From Mycobacterium tuberculosis H37Rv (lineage in GTDB: Bacteria; Actinomycetota; Actinomycetes; Mycobacteriales; Mycobacteriaceae), in the NCBI RefSeq assembly GCF_000195955.2, contig NC_000962.3, positions 960,001 to 992,000 on the forward strand: a stretch of 32,000 nt of DNA, read 5' to 3'. The notes beneath the pieces were generated by a model. The model ran no database searches, was not told the DNA's origin, and saw only the letters and a program-made list of their open reading frames with translations. The translations under genes were made by a program, and so were the position numbers. Below are positions 1 through 10,504 of the stretch, piece by piece (within the stretch, counting starts at the first letter, position 1; every line of letters begins with the position of its first letter).

Positions 1-151
1 CGCGAGCATTCCACAGTGCCAGCGGTGTGATGCGGTAGGTGTGGACATGTTCGGGTGCACGTTCCAGCTCGGCGAACGGCGCGATGGCGGCGCGTGCAGC
101 GCCGGCCAGTTCATGGTCGACTTCCAACAGCACCGTCTTATCGGACTGCAC
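1..151 (-). CDS. ercc3: XPB/ERCC3-type DNA helicase, first 50 codons only (gene continues beyond the left edge)
   Basis: GTG at 151-149 on the minus strand. Hand translation is [50 protein letters not shown], which I recognise as the N-terminal domain of actinobacterial XPB. Its position relative to the MIRU array and the next ORF matches Rv0861c. Confidence 0.75.
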   Translation of the reverse strand, partial: MQSDKTVLLEVDHELAGAARAAIAPFAELERAPEHVHTYRITPLALWNAR

Positions 152-170
152 TATCAATGGTCCGTCAGTC

Positions 171-329
171 AATGGCGCCGCTCCTCCTCATCGCTGCGCT
201 CTGCATCGTCGCCGGCGGTAGTCAATGGCGCCGCTCCTCCTCATCGCTGCGCTCTGCATCGTCGCCGGCGGTAGTCAATGGCGCCGCTCCTCCTCATCGC
301 TGCGCTCTGCATCGTCGCCGGCGCGGGGG
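171..329 (-). repeat. MIRU-type 53-bp tandem repeat, 3 copies (171-223 and 224-276 identical; 277-329 diverges in its last few nt)
   Basis: Read directly: aatggcgccgctcctcctcatcgctgcgctctgcatcgtcgccggcggtagtc repeated head to tail. It sits between two same-strand genes. Consistent with the VNTR locus I recall as MIRU10 / VNTR0960. Confidence 0.95.
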
Positions 330-341
330 TCATGGGCTCCA

Positions 342-2612
342 TTATCGGTCGTGGGCCGACACCACCAACGTGATGCGGTGGATGGCGAAGTCACGCAGTC
401 GCCCGGATGACGAGTCGAACGCCACCAGCTGGCCGCCCCGTAGCGTGATCGGTGCGACCACCCGCTGAGTGGCAACGCCGGCGGCATCGAGGTAGCTGAT
501 CACCAAGGTGGCCTGGTCCTTGGCCGCGCGCTGCAACAGCGACATGGTGACCGCCGGGTCGACGCGGACATTAGCGAACGGCGCTGCGGTCACCTCACGC
601 AGCACGGCAACCACGGCTTTCAACGCCTCGCTATTGGGTCTCGGCGGCGGTCGGTATGGCCGGCGCCGTTGCGGTGTGGGCACCCGGGCGCCGCGGGTTC
701 GCACGTCGACAACGGCTCCGGTGGAATCTTCGGCGGCCGGGGCAAAGCCCGCGCCGCGCAACGTGACGAGGACTTCGGATATCGGAGCGGGGGACACCGC
801 CACCGTTGGGGCCAGGGCCCGCAGTGCCAGCCCGTCGGCTTCGGGCGCCGCCACGACCTGGGCCAGTAGCGTTGGGTCCTCGCACCGCACGAACGATGCG
901 GCCATGCCGATCCGAAGCTGGCCGTGCCGGCGCGCGACATCGTCGATGAGATATGTAAGCCCTTGTGGTACAGGAGTTTTAGAACGATTTGCGAAGAATT
1001 CCTGCAACCAGTCGCGGGACTTGCCGACATCGAGGGCATGCCGGATCGACTGCTCGCTGACGCGGTACACCATCGCCGTGCCGGCCGATTCCACGGTGGC
1101 GACGGTGGTCAGGTCGTCGGCCAGTTCGCGCTGCAGCGGCCCTGGCACCACGACGGTCAGGTCGGCCTGCACCAGGAAGTGATCGATGGGCTTGGGCAGC
1201 GCCCGAGCCATCACGCCGACCGCGGCGGCAGGGGCAGTAGCTGGCTCTAAGGCCTCGTCCAACAGTGCGCGAGCAGGCGTGCTGATCGCCCCGCGCCCCA
1301 CCAGACCCAGCGCATGGCCCTCTGTCAGCAGATCCGCGATAGGCGCAGGTTGCAATCGCCTGGCCCAACGTGGGCGGCGCCAGATCAGTGTCGCCGACGC
1401 CCGGGACGCATCGACGCCGGCGCCGGCGGGCAGCTCGGCGAGCATGCCTAGCAATAGCCGGCGATCCAGTGGGGCCGCCGTGGAGAACAGCGAATCCGAC
1501 AGGGCGCCATAGGGTTTGGCGTCGGGTCCGCGGGTACCGATTAACGCCGGCCGGCCCGGAAGGTCAAGCCAGGCGCTGGCCAGCAAGTGCCAACGCTCGG
1601 CGGGTGACATCGTGGCGAATCGATCGGCGGCCACCGTTGGCGCCCAAAAAGGTCCGTCACTGTGGGGCGGTTCGGGATCGGGCATGCCGCTGGCGATCAG
1701 TCCAGCCGCGGCCGCAATCTCGAGGATTAGGCCCAGCCGCGGCTCGTCGATTCCCGTTGCCTTGGCCAGCCGCTTGAATTCACGAACCCCCAGTCCGCCG
1801 CTGCGTAGTTCGGCAACCGGTGTGGCGCCGAGGTTTTCGAGCAGTACGTCGACTTCACGCAGTAGGTCGATGACGGCTCCGGCCGCCGCAGCGTCGGCGT
1901 CGTCGGGTGTGGTGGTGGAAACTACCGGGTCCGGCGCGGTCAACTCCATCGGACCGGGTTGTTCGCCGCGCAGCACCTGCCCGACGTGGCGGGGCAAGAT
2001 CACCGTTTCGGCATCGATTCGTCGCAGCAAGCCCATCGCCAGCAACCGCGGCACGGGTCGATCAGATGGCGCGCCGGGTGCGGCGTCGCGAGTGCGCCCC
2101 ACGGGTGACCCTTGGAGCAATTTGTCCAGAACGTCACGCTGCGCGGGGTCGAGGCCGGCGATCAGGTCGGCGAGCTGATCCCCGGAACGCGAACTTCCCT
2201 CGAGGGTGACCTGGCCGGGATGCCACGGCAACGCCGTACCTGCGTCTGTCGCCACCCGGACTGCGGTCTCGCCCCAGGCCAGGGCACGTTGTTTAAGGTC
2301 AGCCAGCGCGCCAAGCACGTCGGCTTGGGCGGCGCGGTCGCCGATCACTGCCAGCAGCCGGACGATCGGCACCGGTGCGGTATCTGCCTGCAGCACCAGC
2401 AGTGCGTCGAACACCGCCAGCCGCAGGAAGTCGAGCTCGTCGGTGGCCGCCTTGACCGACTGGCGGGCCTGGGCACGGGCGGCCAGCGCGGCGATGCTGC
2501 CGGGTGGTGGCTGGGCAAGGTCGGGCCGCAGCTCCAACAGCTGGGTCAGCCGTTCATCGGGCAAGGCGGCCAGCCAGGACCCCAGCGGGATATCCGGGGT
2601 GTGTTCGGTCAT
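342..2612 (-). CDS. Conserved 756-aa protein of unknown function (Rv0862c-like) with an XPB-N-terminal-like domain and a WYL-like C-terminus
   Basis: Uninterrupted 756-codon ORF in the track, with TAA at 344-342. Residues ~478-630 resemble the XPB N-terminus. It is on the same strand as ercc3 and immediately upstream of it. Confidence 0.9.
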   Translation of the reverse strand: MTEHTPDIPLGSWLAALPDERLTQLLELRPDLAQPPPGSIAALAARAQARQSVKAATDELDFLRLAVFDALLVLQADTAPVPIVRLLAVIGDRAAQADVLGALADLKQRALAWGETAVRVATDAGTALPWHPGQVTLEGSSRSGDQLADLIAGLDPAQRDVLDKLLQGSPVGRTRDAAPGAPSDRPVPRLLAMGLLRRIDAETVILPRHVGQVLRGEQPGPMELTAPDPVVSTTTPDDADAAAAGAVIDLLREVDVLLENLGATPVAELRSGGLGVREFKRLAKATGIDEPRLGLILEIAAAAGLIASGMPDPEPPHSDGPFWAPTVAADRFATMSPAERWHLLASAWLDLPGRPALIGTRGPDAKPYGALSDSLFSTAAPLDRRLLLGMLAELPAGAGVDASRASATLIWRRPRWARRLQPAPIADLLTEGHALGLVGRGAISTPARALLDEALEPATAPAAAVGVMARALPKPIDHFLVQADLTVVVPGPLQRELADDLTTVATVESAGTAMVYRVSEQSIRHALDVGKSRDWLQEFFANRSKTPVPQGLTYLIDDVARRHGQLRIGMAASFVRCEDPTLLAQVVAAPEADGLALRALAPTVAVSPAPISEVLVTLRGAGFAPAAEDSTGAVVDVRTRGARVPTPQRRRPYRPPPRPNSEALKAVVAVLREVTAAPFANVRVDPAVTMSLLQRAAKDQATLVISYLDAAGVATQRVVAPITLRGGQLVAFDSSSGRLRDFAIHRITLVVSAHDR

Positions 2613-2880
2613 TGCTGATCAGCGTAGGCCGGACCAGCCTTGTGGCGTGGGCGGGTGCAAGACCTGTCAGAATGGTTTCGTGGCTGACATTGCTGAAGGT
2701 AAGGCACGCAAGACCAGGTACGTGGACCATGGTTGGCCGACCACCGATCCAGACGACCATGCGGTGAGCGAACTCGTGACCGACCGCACGGGTGCGCTAT
2801 CACCCTTCGGTGAATTGACGTTCCCGGTACCGTCCGACGACCTGCCCTACATCCACCCGGTGACCGTCATCAATCGGTAA
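2599..2880 (+). CDS. Small conserved hypothetical protein (93 aa, Rv0863-like); true start uncertain
   Basis: In frame with track ORF 2206..2880, with GTG at 2599. Third codon positions in the 3' half are about 75% G/C by hand count. It stops 9 nt before the moaC start. The first 14 nt overlap the divergent 756-aa ORF start. Confidence 0.5.
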   Translation: MCSVIADQRRPDQPCGVGGCKTCQNGFVADIAEGKARKTRYVDHGWPTTDPDDHAVSELVTDRTGALSPFGELTFPVPSDDLPYIHPVTVINR

Positions 2881-2889
2881 GCCGCCAGG

Positions 2890-3389
2890 ATGGCCAGGGC
2901 TTCTGGGGCATCCGACTACCGCTCGGGCGAGCTGTCGCACCAGGATGAGCGGGGGGCAGCGCACATGGTCGATATCACCGAGAAGGCAACCACGAAGCGA
3001 ACAGCCGTTGCCGCGGGCATCTTACGTACCTCGGCGCAGGTGGTGGCGCTGATCTCGACTGGCGGGCTGCCCAAAGGGGATGCGCTGGCCACCGCGCGGG
3101 TGGCGGGCATTATGGCGGCCAAGCGCACCAGCGACCTGATCCCGCTGTGCCATCAACTCGCGCTTACCGGAGTCGACGTCGATTTCACCGTCGGCCAGTT
3201 GGATATCGAGATCACAGCGACGGTACGCAGTACCGACCGAACGGGCGTCGAGATGGAAGCGCTGACCGCTGTCAGCGTGGCCGCCCTCACGCTCTACGAC
3301 ATGATCAAGGCGGTCGATCCGGGCGCGCTTATCGATGACATCCGGGTGCTCCACAAAGAAGGCGGTCGTCGCGGGACCTGGACGAGGCG

Positions 3390-3393
<4 letters not shown>
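2890..3393 (+). CDS. moaC2: Cyclic pyranopterin monophosphate synthase MoaC
   Basis: 167-aa ORF. The segments [13 protein letters not shown] and [24 protein letters not shown] are typical MoaC. The 4-nt overlap with the next ORF suggests an operon. Confidence 0.93.
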
Positions 3394-4294
<901 letters not shown>

Positions 4295-4311
4295 AGTCCG
4301 GCCTCAGCCCG

Positions 4312-5538
<1,227 letters not shown>

Positions 5539-5555
5539 TTAGGTAATTCCTCTCG

Positions 5556-5772
5556 GTACACGCCTACGAGGTCAGCTGTCGGGTTCGGGTTGGATTCGCC
5601 GTGGAGAGGATCACCCGGCCGCGGTCGTACATCGGCGAACGACGTTGGCTTCACCCCAAGGAGCCGTATGCGGCTCCGGTCCGATCTCGGCGGACCTGGT
5701 GGGTCCCCCGCCTCCATCCGCGGTCGGAATCCCTCGCCCACTGGATGGAGTTCGGCGTGCTATCGGCGAGGG
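5556..5772 (-). promoter_or_regulatory. ydaO-type cyclic-di-AMP riboswitch in the rpfA 5' leader
   Basis: The minus-strand RNA contains the hallmark blocks GGGGGACCCA (5709-5700), GGGGUGAAGCC (from 5657 downward) and the 3' block ACGGCGAAUCCAACCCGAACCCGACAGCUGACCUCGUAGGCG (ending about 5560). The last block closely resembles the ydaO consensus CCGAAUCCGACAGCUAACCUCGUAAGCG as I recall it. The rpfA leader is a known location for this class in actinobacteria. Confidence 0.8.
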
Positions 5773-5961
5773 AGGGCACGTCATTTTGGGTTAGGTTGAC
5801 GAGCCTCCCGAGACGGTAGCGGTTTCAGGCGATTCCGTCACGTTTAAGAAAAGTCGGCGTTTCCGTCACAATCGCCGGCAAGAACGCCAAGAAATATAGG
5901 CATTTGCGCAGGTAGTAAGCCCTCGCAATCGGAGCGTGTCCGCCCCGTTATCGTTCCGTTA

Positions 5962-5977
5962 TGTGGGTAATGTCACA
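5962..5977. promoter_or_regulatory. CRP (cAMP receptor protein) box TGTGGgtaatgTCACA upstream of rpfA
   Basis: 9/10 match to TGTGA-N6-TCACA. It lies just downstream of the moaD2 stop and about 430 nt upstream of the rpfA ATG. rpfA is a reported CRP-regulated gene in M. tuberculosis. Confidence 0.6.
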
Positions 5978-5982
5978 TGGCC

Positions 5983-6261
5983 TTAGCCGCCGGCGAAAGG
6001 GGGTAGTACGTCAATCGTGTCGCCGGCGGATAACGCGACGGCGTCATCTCGGACGACAATCCCGTCGCGCAGGTAGGAGCATCGACTCAACACCGTCGCG
6101 AGGCGAACATCGCGGACCGACAGGCCGTCTATCAGCTCGGCGACTGTGGCGCCAGATCGCAGGGTGACTTTCTCCGACCCGGCACCAGCGGCCGCTCGGG
6201 CGGCCGCGAAGTAGCGGACAGTCACCTGAATTCCGGCGGATTCGTCGGACACCTGCGTCAC
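5983..6261 (-). CDS. moaD2: Molybdopterin synthase sulfur-carrier subunit MoaD
   Basis: 92-aa ORF ending in the ubiquitin-like C-terminal Gly-Gly (..VLPPFAGG). It starts 3 nt after the moaA stop. Confidence 0.9.
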   Translation of the reverse strand: MTQVSDESAGIQVTVRYFAAARAAAGAGSEKVTLRSGATVAELIDGLSVRDVRLATVLSRCSYLRDGIVVRDDAVALSAGDTIDVLPPFAGG

Positions 6262-6264
6262 CGG

Positions 6265-7347
6265 TTAGCCACCGATCGCGCTCATCGGGCGGTCGGGCTG
6301 AATGAAATCGGGGGCGTTGATGCCGTGGCCGGCGGGTTTGCTCCACATCGCGGCACGCCATGCCGCCTCGATCGCGTCGTCGTCAGCACCGCCGCGCAGT
6401 AGGCGGCGCAGGTCGGTCTCCTCGGTGGAGAACAGACAGCTGCGGATCTGGCCATCGGCGGTCAGCCGGGTGCGGTCGCACGTCGAACAGAAGGCGTGCG
6501 ACACCGAGGCGATGACACCGAACCGTCCGCGTGGCGTGTTCGGTCCGGCGTCGACCAGCCAGAGTTCGGCCGGGGCCGAACCGCGCGGTGCCGGGTCGGG
6601 CCGTAGCCGGAAGTGGGGCCGCAGCGCCGCCAGCACGTCGTCGGCGCTCAGTGCGATGTTCCGCCGCCAGCTATGCCCCGCGTCCAGCGGCATCTGCTCG
6701 ATGACTCGCAATTGATAACCGCGCTCTAGGCAGAACCTCAGCAGGTCGACGACATCCTCGCGGCCGGTCGTGGGGTCGAGGACGGCGTTCACCTTGACGG
6801 GTGTCAACCCGGCTGCCTTGGCGGCGGCCAAGCCGGCCAGCACATGCGCAAGCCGGTCCCGACGGGTGATAGCAGCGAAGTGGGCGCGGTCGATGCTATC
6901 CAGCGAGACGTTGACCCGGTCCAGGCCCGCTTCGGCCAGGGCGCCCGCCCGCCGCGCCAGTCCCACCCCGTTGGTGGTCAGCGAGATCTCCGGGCGCGGC
7001 CGCAGCCTAGCTGTCGCTGCGACCACCTCGTCGAGGTGGTGGGCCAATAGCGGCTCGCCGCCGGTGAACCGCACGCTGGTGACGCCGAGCCGAGTTACCG
7101 CGATGTGTATCAGCCTGGCCAGTTCGTCGGGCCGCAGCAGTTGCTCGCCGGGCAGCCACCTCAGCCCTCGCTCAGGCATGCAGTAGCTGCACCGCAGGTT
7201 GCAGCGGTCGGTTAGCGACACCCGCAGATCGTTGGCGACCCGGCCGAACGTGTCCACCAAAGGGCCAGTGGTGGGTACGACCCGCGGGTCGGCAATGCCG
7301 TTGGTGCGGCTGCGCAGCGCCGGCATGCCCAGCGCGGTCAGTGTCAT
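6265..7347 (-). CDS. moaA2: GTP 3',8-cyclase MoaA (radical SAM)
   Basis: Radical-SAM motif CNLRCSYC and a C-terminal CxxC cluster (FCSTCDRTR). The track ORF extends to 7755, but that extra N-terminus overlaps the next gene and is Arg/His-rich junk. ATG at 7347 (MTLTALGMP..) gives 360 aa and an ATGA overlap with the upstream gene. Confidence 0.92.
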   Translation of the reverse strand: MTLTALGMPALRSRTNGIADPRVVPTTGPLVDTFGRVANDLRVSLTDRCNLRCSYCMPERGLRWLPGEQLLRPDELARLIHIAVTRLGVTSVRFTGGEPLLAHHLDEVVAATARLRPRPEISLTTNGVGLARRAGALAEAGLDRVNVSLDSIDRAHFAAITRRDRLAHVLAGLAAAKAAGLTPVKVNAVLDPTTGREDVVDLLRFCLERGYQLRVIEQMPLDAGHSWRRNIALSADDVLAALRPHFRLRPDPAPRGSAPAELWLVDAGPNTPRGRFGVIASVSHAFCSTCDRTRLTADGQIRSCLFSTEETDLRRLLRGGADDDAIEAAWRAAMWSKPAGHGINAPDFIQPDRPMSAIGG

Positions 7348-7733
7348 GTGGGCACCTGTGAGTTGACCCCGACGATGTCCTTGCCCAGCGGCACCAGCGA
7401 CACCGGGATCAGTTTCAAGTTGGCCAGTGCTAGCGGAATGCCGATGATCGTGACTGCCATTGCCGCGGCACTCACCAAATGCCCGAGGGCCAGCCAGATC
7501 CCGAACAGCAGCACCCAGATGACGTTGCCGATCAAGGCCCCGGTCCCGGCGGTTGGCTTTTCGACGATCGTCCGGCCGAACGGCCACAACGCGTACGACG
7601 CGATGCGCAGCGCCGCGAAGCCAAACGGAATGGTGATGATGAGCAGGAAGCAGACAAGCGACGCCAGCAGGTACCCGAGGGCCAGCCAGAGGCCACCGAA
7701 CACCAACCAGATAACGTTCAGGATTAGTCGCAT
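7344..7733 (-). CDS. YccF-like (DUF307) inner membrane protein with internal duplication
   Basis: 129-aa hydrophobic ORF with two copies of the NVIW..F.G.WLALG.L motif. It is translationally coupled (ATGA, 7344-7347) to moaA2. Confidence 0.85.
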   Translation of the reverse strand: MRLILNVIWLVFGGLWLALGYLLASLVCFLLIITIPFGFAALRIASYALWPFGRTIVEKPTAGTGALIGNVIWVLLFGIWLALGHLVSAAAMAVTIIGIPLALANLKLIPVSLVPLGKDIVGVNSQVPT

Positions 7734-7768
7734 ATCGCCTCCAGCGGTAGCGCAAGCCTACCGCGTGA

Positions 7769-8305
<537 letters not shown>

Positions 8306-8423
8306 CGGGGTCGGGTGGTGCGCTGGCCCAATTGCGCCGAGCTGGCAACGCCGCGCCGTTCCAGGGTCACGGTCGGATCGATTCCGCCGCACTCGGTTTG
8401 ACGAGACGACGACCGGCTAGCAG

Positions 8424-10244
8424 TTAGCCGGGTTGGCCGGCGCTGCCCGGGCTGCCGCCCATGCCGGGATTGCCGTCGGTGGTTTTCCCGTCGCCGCCCG
8501 TGCCGCCCTCACCGCCTGTGCCGCCGGCGCCACCCGCGCCGCCCGCTCCTCCGGCACCAACGCCACCGTCGCTGCCCGCGCGGCCAATCAGCCCGCCGGA
8601 CCCGCCCTTGCCGCCGAGGGCGCCGGGGGCGCCGCCGTTGCCGCCGTTGCCGCCGGTGTTGCCGTTACCGCCAAACGCTGCGCCCGGACCACTGTTGGTG
8701 CCGCCACCACCGGCGCCTCCGGCACCTCCAGCACCACCGGAACCACCAGTACCACCGGCACCGGCCGTGCCGCCGACACCACCGGCGCCGCCGTTGCCGA
8801 TGAGCAGCCCGCCAGCACCCCCGTTACCGCCCTGGCCGCCGATACCGCCTTCGCCACCGGTGCCGAGGGCGCTCGCGCCGTCACCGCCCACACCGCCATC
8901 GCCCCCGAACGCCTTGCGTGAACTGCCGGCGCTGTCGGTGTTGGCGGCACCGCCGTCGCCCCCGGCGCCGCCGCCGCCGCCGGGGGCACCGCTACCACCG
9001 GTACCACCGACTCCGCCCGCGCCGCCGGCGCCGCCGTCGCCGATCAGCAGCCCGCCGCGGCCACCGGCGCCCCCGGTTCCGCCCGCTCCGCCGGTACCGC
9101 CGGAAGCGAAGCTGTCGAAGCCGTTGCCGCCGCTGCCGCCGTTACCGGCTTCCGCGTTGCTGGGAGAATTGGTGCCCACCTGGGCATCCCCGCCTTCGCC
9201 GCCGGCGCCCCCCACACCGCCGGGGGCCTGGGCGTTCCCGCCGGCACCGCCGTTACCTCCTATGGCTGCATTGCCGATGGAAGCGGCGCTGCCGCCGGCG
9301 CCGCCAGCGCCGCCATAGGCGCCCTCACCCCCTTTGCCTCCCTCACCGCCCACGGCGTCGCCGTTGACGGTTGAGACGGCGTTCCCGCCAGACCCGCCAG
9401 CGCCGCCGGACGTCATCGCGTCGCCGGCATCGCCGGGGCCACCGTTACCGCCTATGGCGTTGCCGCCCAGCGTCTGGTCGGTGCCGGTACTGCCGGCATC
9501 AGCGGTGCCGGTGGGTGTGGGGTTGACGCCGTCTGCCCCGGCTGCCCCCATACCGCCCTGCCCGCCCGCGCCGCCAGAACCGAACAGGTAGGCGTTGCCG
9601 CCGGCACCTCCTGCTGCGCCCATACCGCCATTGACGCCGGCCACCCCGGTCCCCCCGAGCCCGCCGGCCCCGCCATTGCCGTATAACCACCCCCCGTTGC
9701 CGCCGACGCCGCCGACCGCGCCGGCCCCTCCGGCCCCCCCGGTCCCGCCGATGCCGATCAACCCGGCGCTGCCGCCGGCTCCGCCGGCTTGGCCGACCCC
9801 GCCGGACCCGCCATTGCCGCCGTTGCCATACAACAAGCCACCCGGCCCGCCGGCCTGCCCGGTACCCGGCGCACCATTGGTGCCGTTGCCGATCAGGGGG
9901 CGCCCGAGCAGCGTCTGCGTGGGCGCGTTGATCACATTCAACGCTTGCTGCAGCGGGGAGGCATTTGCGGCCTCGGCGCTACCATATGCGCCCGCAGCCG
10001 TGCTCAAGGCCTGGATAAACCGTTCATGAAACGCGGCCGCCTGCGTGCCGAGTGTCTGATAGGCCTGGGCGTGCCCGGAAAACAGCGACGCCACCGCTGC
10101 CGACACCTCGTCGGCGCCCGCGGCCAGCACTCCGGTGGTCGGGGCCAGCGCCGCGGCATTGGCCGCGCTCAACGTCGAGCCGATCTGCGCCAAATTGTTT
10201 GCTGCCGCTGCCACCATCTCCGGCGTCGCCAATACATACGACAT
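8424..10244 (-). CDS. PE_PGRS15: PE_PGRS family protein
   Basis: 606-aa ORF. The N-terminal PE domain ([25 protein letters not shown]...) is followed by about 500 aa of GGA/GGN repeats. Confidence 0.95.
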   Translation of the reverse strand: MSYVLATPEMVAAAANNLAQIGSTLSAANAAALAPTTGVLAAGADEVSAAVASLFSGHAQAYQTLGTQAAAFHERFIQALSTAAGAYGSAEAANASPLQQALNVINAPTQTLLGRPLIGNGTNGAPGTGQAGGPGGLLYGNGGNGGSGGVGQAGGAGGSAGLIGIGGTGGAGGAGAVGGVGGNGGWLYGNGGAGGLGGTGVAGVNGGMGAAGGAGGNAYLFGSGGAGGQGGMGAAGADGVNPTPTGTADAGSTGTDQTLGGNAIGGNGGPGDAGDAMTSGGAGGSGGNAVSTVNGDAVGGEGGKGGEGAYGGAGGAGGSAASIGNAAIGGNGGAGGNAQAPGGVGGAGGEGGDAQVGTNSPSNAEAGNGGSGGNGFDSFASGGTGGAGGTGGAGGRGGLLIGDGGAGGAGGVGGTGGSGAPGGGGGAGGDGGAANTDSAGSSRKAFGGDGGVGGDGASALGTGGEGGIGGQGGNGGAGGLLIGNGGAGGVGGTAGAGGTGGSGGAGGAGGAGGGGTNSGPGAAFGGNGNTGGNGGNGGAPGALGGKGGSGGLIGRAGSDGGVGAGGAGGAGGAGGTGGEGGTGGDGKTTDGNPGMGGSPGSAGQPG

Positions 10245-10504
10245 CGCTGTCCTCCCGCAGGGTCTTCGTTGACCGATCGGCTGTTACTAACGTTAGCGCG
10301 AACGCGGGTCGGCGTCTCCAGTTTCTATTTCTTGACATGGAAAAACGGCGGCCCCGACCCTGCCTCAGCGTCGCAGCCGTCGTTGGCGGCGAGCACCGGT
10401 GACCGTGACTTTGGTAGCGGCCCGTCCGCAGTGGGTGCCACGTAGTATTCGGACAGATAGGTAGTGGTAGGCAACCTTCGTGATTCGTCAGCGAGGAGGC
10501 GGCG

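Noticed and set aside
171-329. Possible CRISPR array (regular short repeats)
   Set aside because: The repeats are contiguous with no unique spacers, the period is 53 bp, and there are no cas genes. This is a MIRU/VNTR tandem repeat.
7348-7755. 136-codon N-terminal extension of the moaA ORF (track ORF 6265..7755)
   Set aside because: The extension is Arg/His-rich, unlike MoaA, and completely overlaps the well-formed YccF-like gene in another frame. The ATG at 7347 gives a normal-length MoaA and an ATGA coupling.
8413-8431. Hairpin CCGGCTA-gcagt-TAGCCGG between the convergent cspB and PE_PGRS15 as a shared terminator
   Set aside because: The stem is 7 bp, includes the PE_PGRS15 stop codon, and has no U-tract on either strand. 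It is plausible but too weak to list as a feature.
8433-10029. Several long plus-strand ORFs (e.g. 8461..9318, 9595..10029) encoding Pro-rich proteins opposite PE_PGRS15
   Set aside because: They are the reverse-complement reading of GGC/GGN glycine codons (GCC/CCG give Ala/Pro). They have no start context or domain signature, so they are a mirror artefact of the PGRS repeat.
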